Positions 62,823-64,000 of a stretch of DNA of 64,000 bases are shown in pieces. Under the pieces are notes generated by a model. The model saw only the letters and a list, made by a program, of their open reading frames with translations, was not told the origin of the DNA and searched no databases. The position numbers and the translations under genes were made by a program. The DNA comes from a bacterium (GTDB lineage Bacteria > Patescibacteriota > Saccharimonadia > Saccharimonadales > Saccharimonadaceae): NCBI GenBank assembly GCA_043724245.1, contig JAYSMZ010000018.1, forward strand, positions 626 to 64,625, read 5' to 3'. Within the stretch, counting starts at the first letter, position 1, and each line of letters begins with the position of its first letter.

Positions 62823-64000
62823 CTACTTTGCGCCCTTCTTGTGTAATACCACTCCAATTGTTTTGAACATGATTTTTATGTCCAGCCAAAATGTCCAGTT
62901 CTGGGCGTAATATAGTTCTAGTTCGATTCGTTCATCAAATGACAGTTGACTGCGGCCAGATACTTGCCAGATTCCTGTCATGCCGGATTTGACACTGTGA
63001 AGCAACGAGGCACGGCCTTTTATCAGTTTTGATTCTTGGGGTAAAATCGGCCTGGGACCAACTAAACTAAGATCTCCGCGCAGTACATTAAATATCTGAG
63101 GAAGTTCGTCAAGCGATGTCTTTCGCAAAAAACTACCAAATCTAGTAACACGAGGGTCATTTTCGACTTTGCGATTTTTTTCGTATTCGACAACTAAATC
63201 ATTGCGTCCCATTGCACGAAACTCTTCGGCTGCGTCCTTTAATTCATATCCGGGCAAATGTTTCATTGTGCGGAATTTAATTAAGTCGATTGGTTCTGAA
63301 AAACGACTAAGACGTGGGCTGATATAAAGTGCCGGGCCTGGATCGGTAAGTTTCATTATTAAATATATTACTAGTAAAACGGGCGATAGGATAATAGTAA
63401 TCAATACGCCTGCAACTAAATCGAAAATTCGTTTGGCAATCGATCCCCAGCCTATTAACGGTGTTTGATAAACGGAAATCATTGGATAGCCCAAAAAGAC
63501 ATCGATTGTATTTTTACCCGAATAGAACTCGGCTTCACCTGGAATAAAGTTATAACTGATGTGATTTGATTGAGCGGCGCTGAGAATTAGTTGGTTCCTG
63601 TCGGTTGAATCATATAGATCAGTCTGTATAATTGCGGTAATATTGTTTGTTTCAATGTCGCGTAAAGCTGTTTCTACTGATGAATAATGATGGACTTTTA
63701 ATTCTGCCGGTACTATTTTTTTAGGCCCGGCGATTGCAATAATATGGTAACCACTTTTTACAGTATTAGCCAGATTTAAGGCAATATCGCTGGTTGCAAT
63801 AGAGGAACCGATTAACAGGACGCGGTTAACGCCTTTGCCATACCTGAACATCAGACTTCGAATCAATCGCAGTATTTCGCGCTCGACCAAAATCAAAACA
63901 AAAGCGGCAACCAGGCCATAAACCGCAACTAACCTGGCGGGCATGATAGTCTTATCGCTGACATATTGCCAGCCAATAATTAATAAGATGCCGATAAACG
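62823..64000 (-). CDS. Polyprenyl-phosphate glycosyl-1-phosphate transferase (WbaP/EpsE-type bacterial sugar transferase), 5' end beyond window
   Basis: C-terminal catalytic domain: DELPQIFNVLRGDLSLVGPRP ... GMTGIWQVSGRS. The reading frame stays open upstream of the track ATG (63944) to the window edge (FIGILLIIGWQYVSDKTI-M...). The true start is therefore probably outside the window. Confidence 0.85.
   Translation of the reverse strand, partial: FIGILLIIGWQYVSDKTIMPARLVAVYGLVAAFVLILVEREILRLIRSLMFRYGKGVNRVLLIGSSIATSDIALNLANTVKSGYHIIAIAGPKKIVPAELKVHHYSSVETALRDIETNNITAIIQTDLYDSTDRNQLILSAAQSNHISYNFIPGEAEFYSGKNTIDVFLGYPMISVYQTPLIGWGSIAKRIFDLVAGVLITIILSPVLLVIYLIMKLTDPGPALYISPRLSRFSEPIDLIKFRTMKHLPGYELKDAAEEFRAMGRNDLVVEYEKNRKVENDPRVTRFGSFLRKTSLDELPQIFNVLRGDLSLVGPRPILPQESKLIKGRASLLHSVKSGMTGIWQVSGRSQLSFDERIELELYYAQNWTFWLDIKIMFKTIGVVLHKKGAK

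Noticed and set aside
1-64000. Possibility of an alternative genetic code (UGA recoding), as in some CPR lineages.
   Set aside because: TGA terminates well-conserved genes at their expected ends. Examples are glmS at 61176-61178, the four-helix-bundle gene and the VirB4 N-domain ORF. Conserved proteins also translate full-length under the standard code.

Overview
This window reads as core chromosome around the replication origin of a small-genome, Gram-positive-type bacterium. Gene content suggests Patescibacteria/CPR, probably Saccharibacteria-like; that placement is an inference, not a search result. The standard genetic code is in use, since TGA closes well-conserved genes such as glmS.

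Layout:
- (1) 1-20736: a compact type IV secretion (T4SS)-like locus. It has seven tandem pilin-like paralogs (minus strand), a lipoprotein, a 1.38-kaa VirB6/TrbL-like protein, a PrgI/VirB3-like protein, a VirB4 ATPase that looks split into two ORFs, two giant cell-wall hydrolases and three small membrane-anchored proteins. No relaxase, coupling protein or integrase is visible.
- (2) 20737-26987: recF-dnaN-dnaA (minus) facing rpmH-rnpA-yidC-jag (plus), with DnaA-box clusters on both sides of dnaA. rpmH is below the ORF-track cutoff and I found it by hand.
- (3) 27-34 kb: mixed accessory and housekeeping genes. These are a GT4, an orphan, an RHH/RelE toxin-antitoxin pair, GtrA/GtrB-like genes, an NYN protein, ahcY and a PfkB kinase.
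- (4) 34.1-57.4 kb: a large GDP-mannose-based surface-glycan island. It contains gmd, an Rmd-like reductase, a ColD-like 3-dehydratase, a NUDIX protein, Wzm/Wzt, three FkbM methyltransferases, many GT4/GT2 genes, a MOP flippase-like protein, a GT-C-like protein and manC. A secreted bulb-type mannose-lectin protein is embedded in it.
- (5) 57.6-59.3 kb: a BRO-N protein plus a VbhA/Fic module wedged directly upstream of glmS.
- (6) 61.3-64 kb: a GT4, a four-helix-bundle (23S-IVS type) gene and a polyprenyl-phosphate sugar transferase that runs off the window.

Most notable non-genic signals:
- A dispersed GGCTATT(A/G)GAAT-type repeat family at six gene boundaries.
- A 32-bp direct repeat (31/32 identical) bracketing a two-gene cassette inside the T4SS locus.
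- A recurring TATAAT-N6-9-ATG arrangement without a Shine-Dalgarno, suggesting leaderless transcripts.

All functional calls rest on motif recognition by eye; no database search was run.
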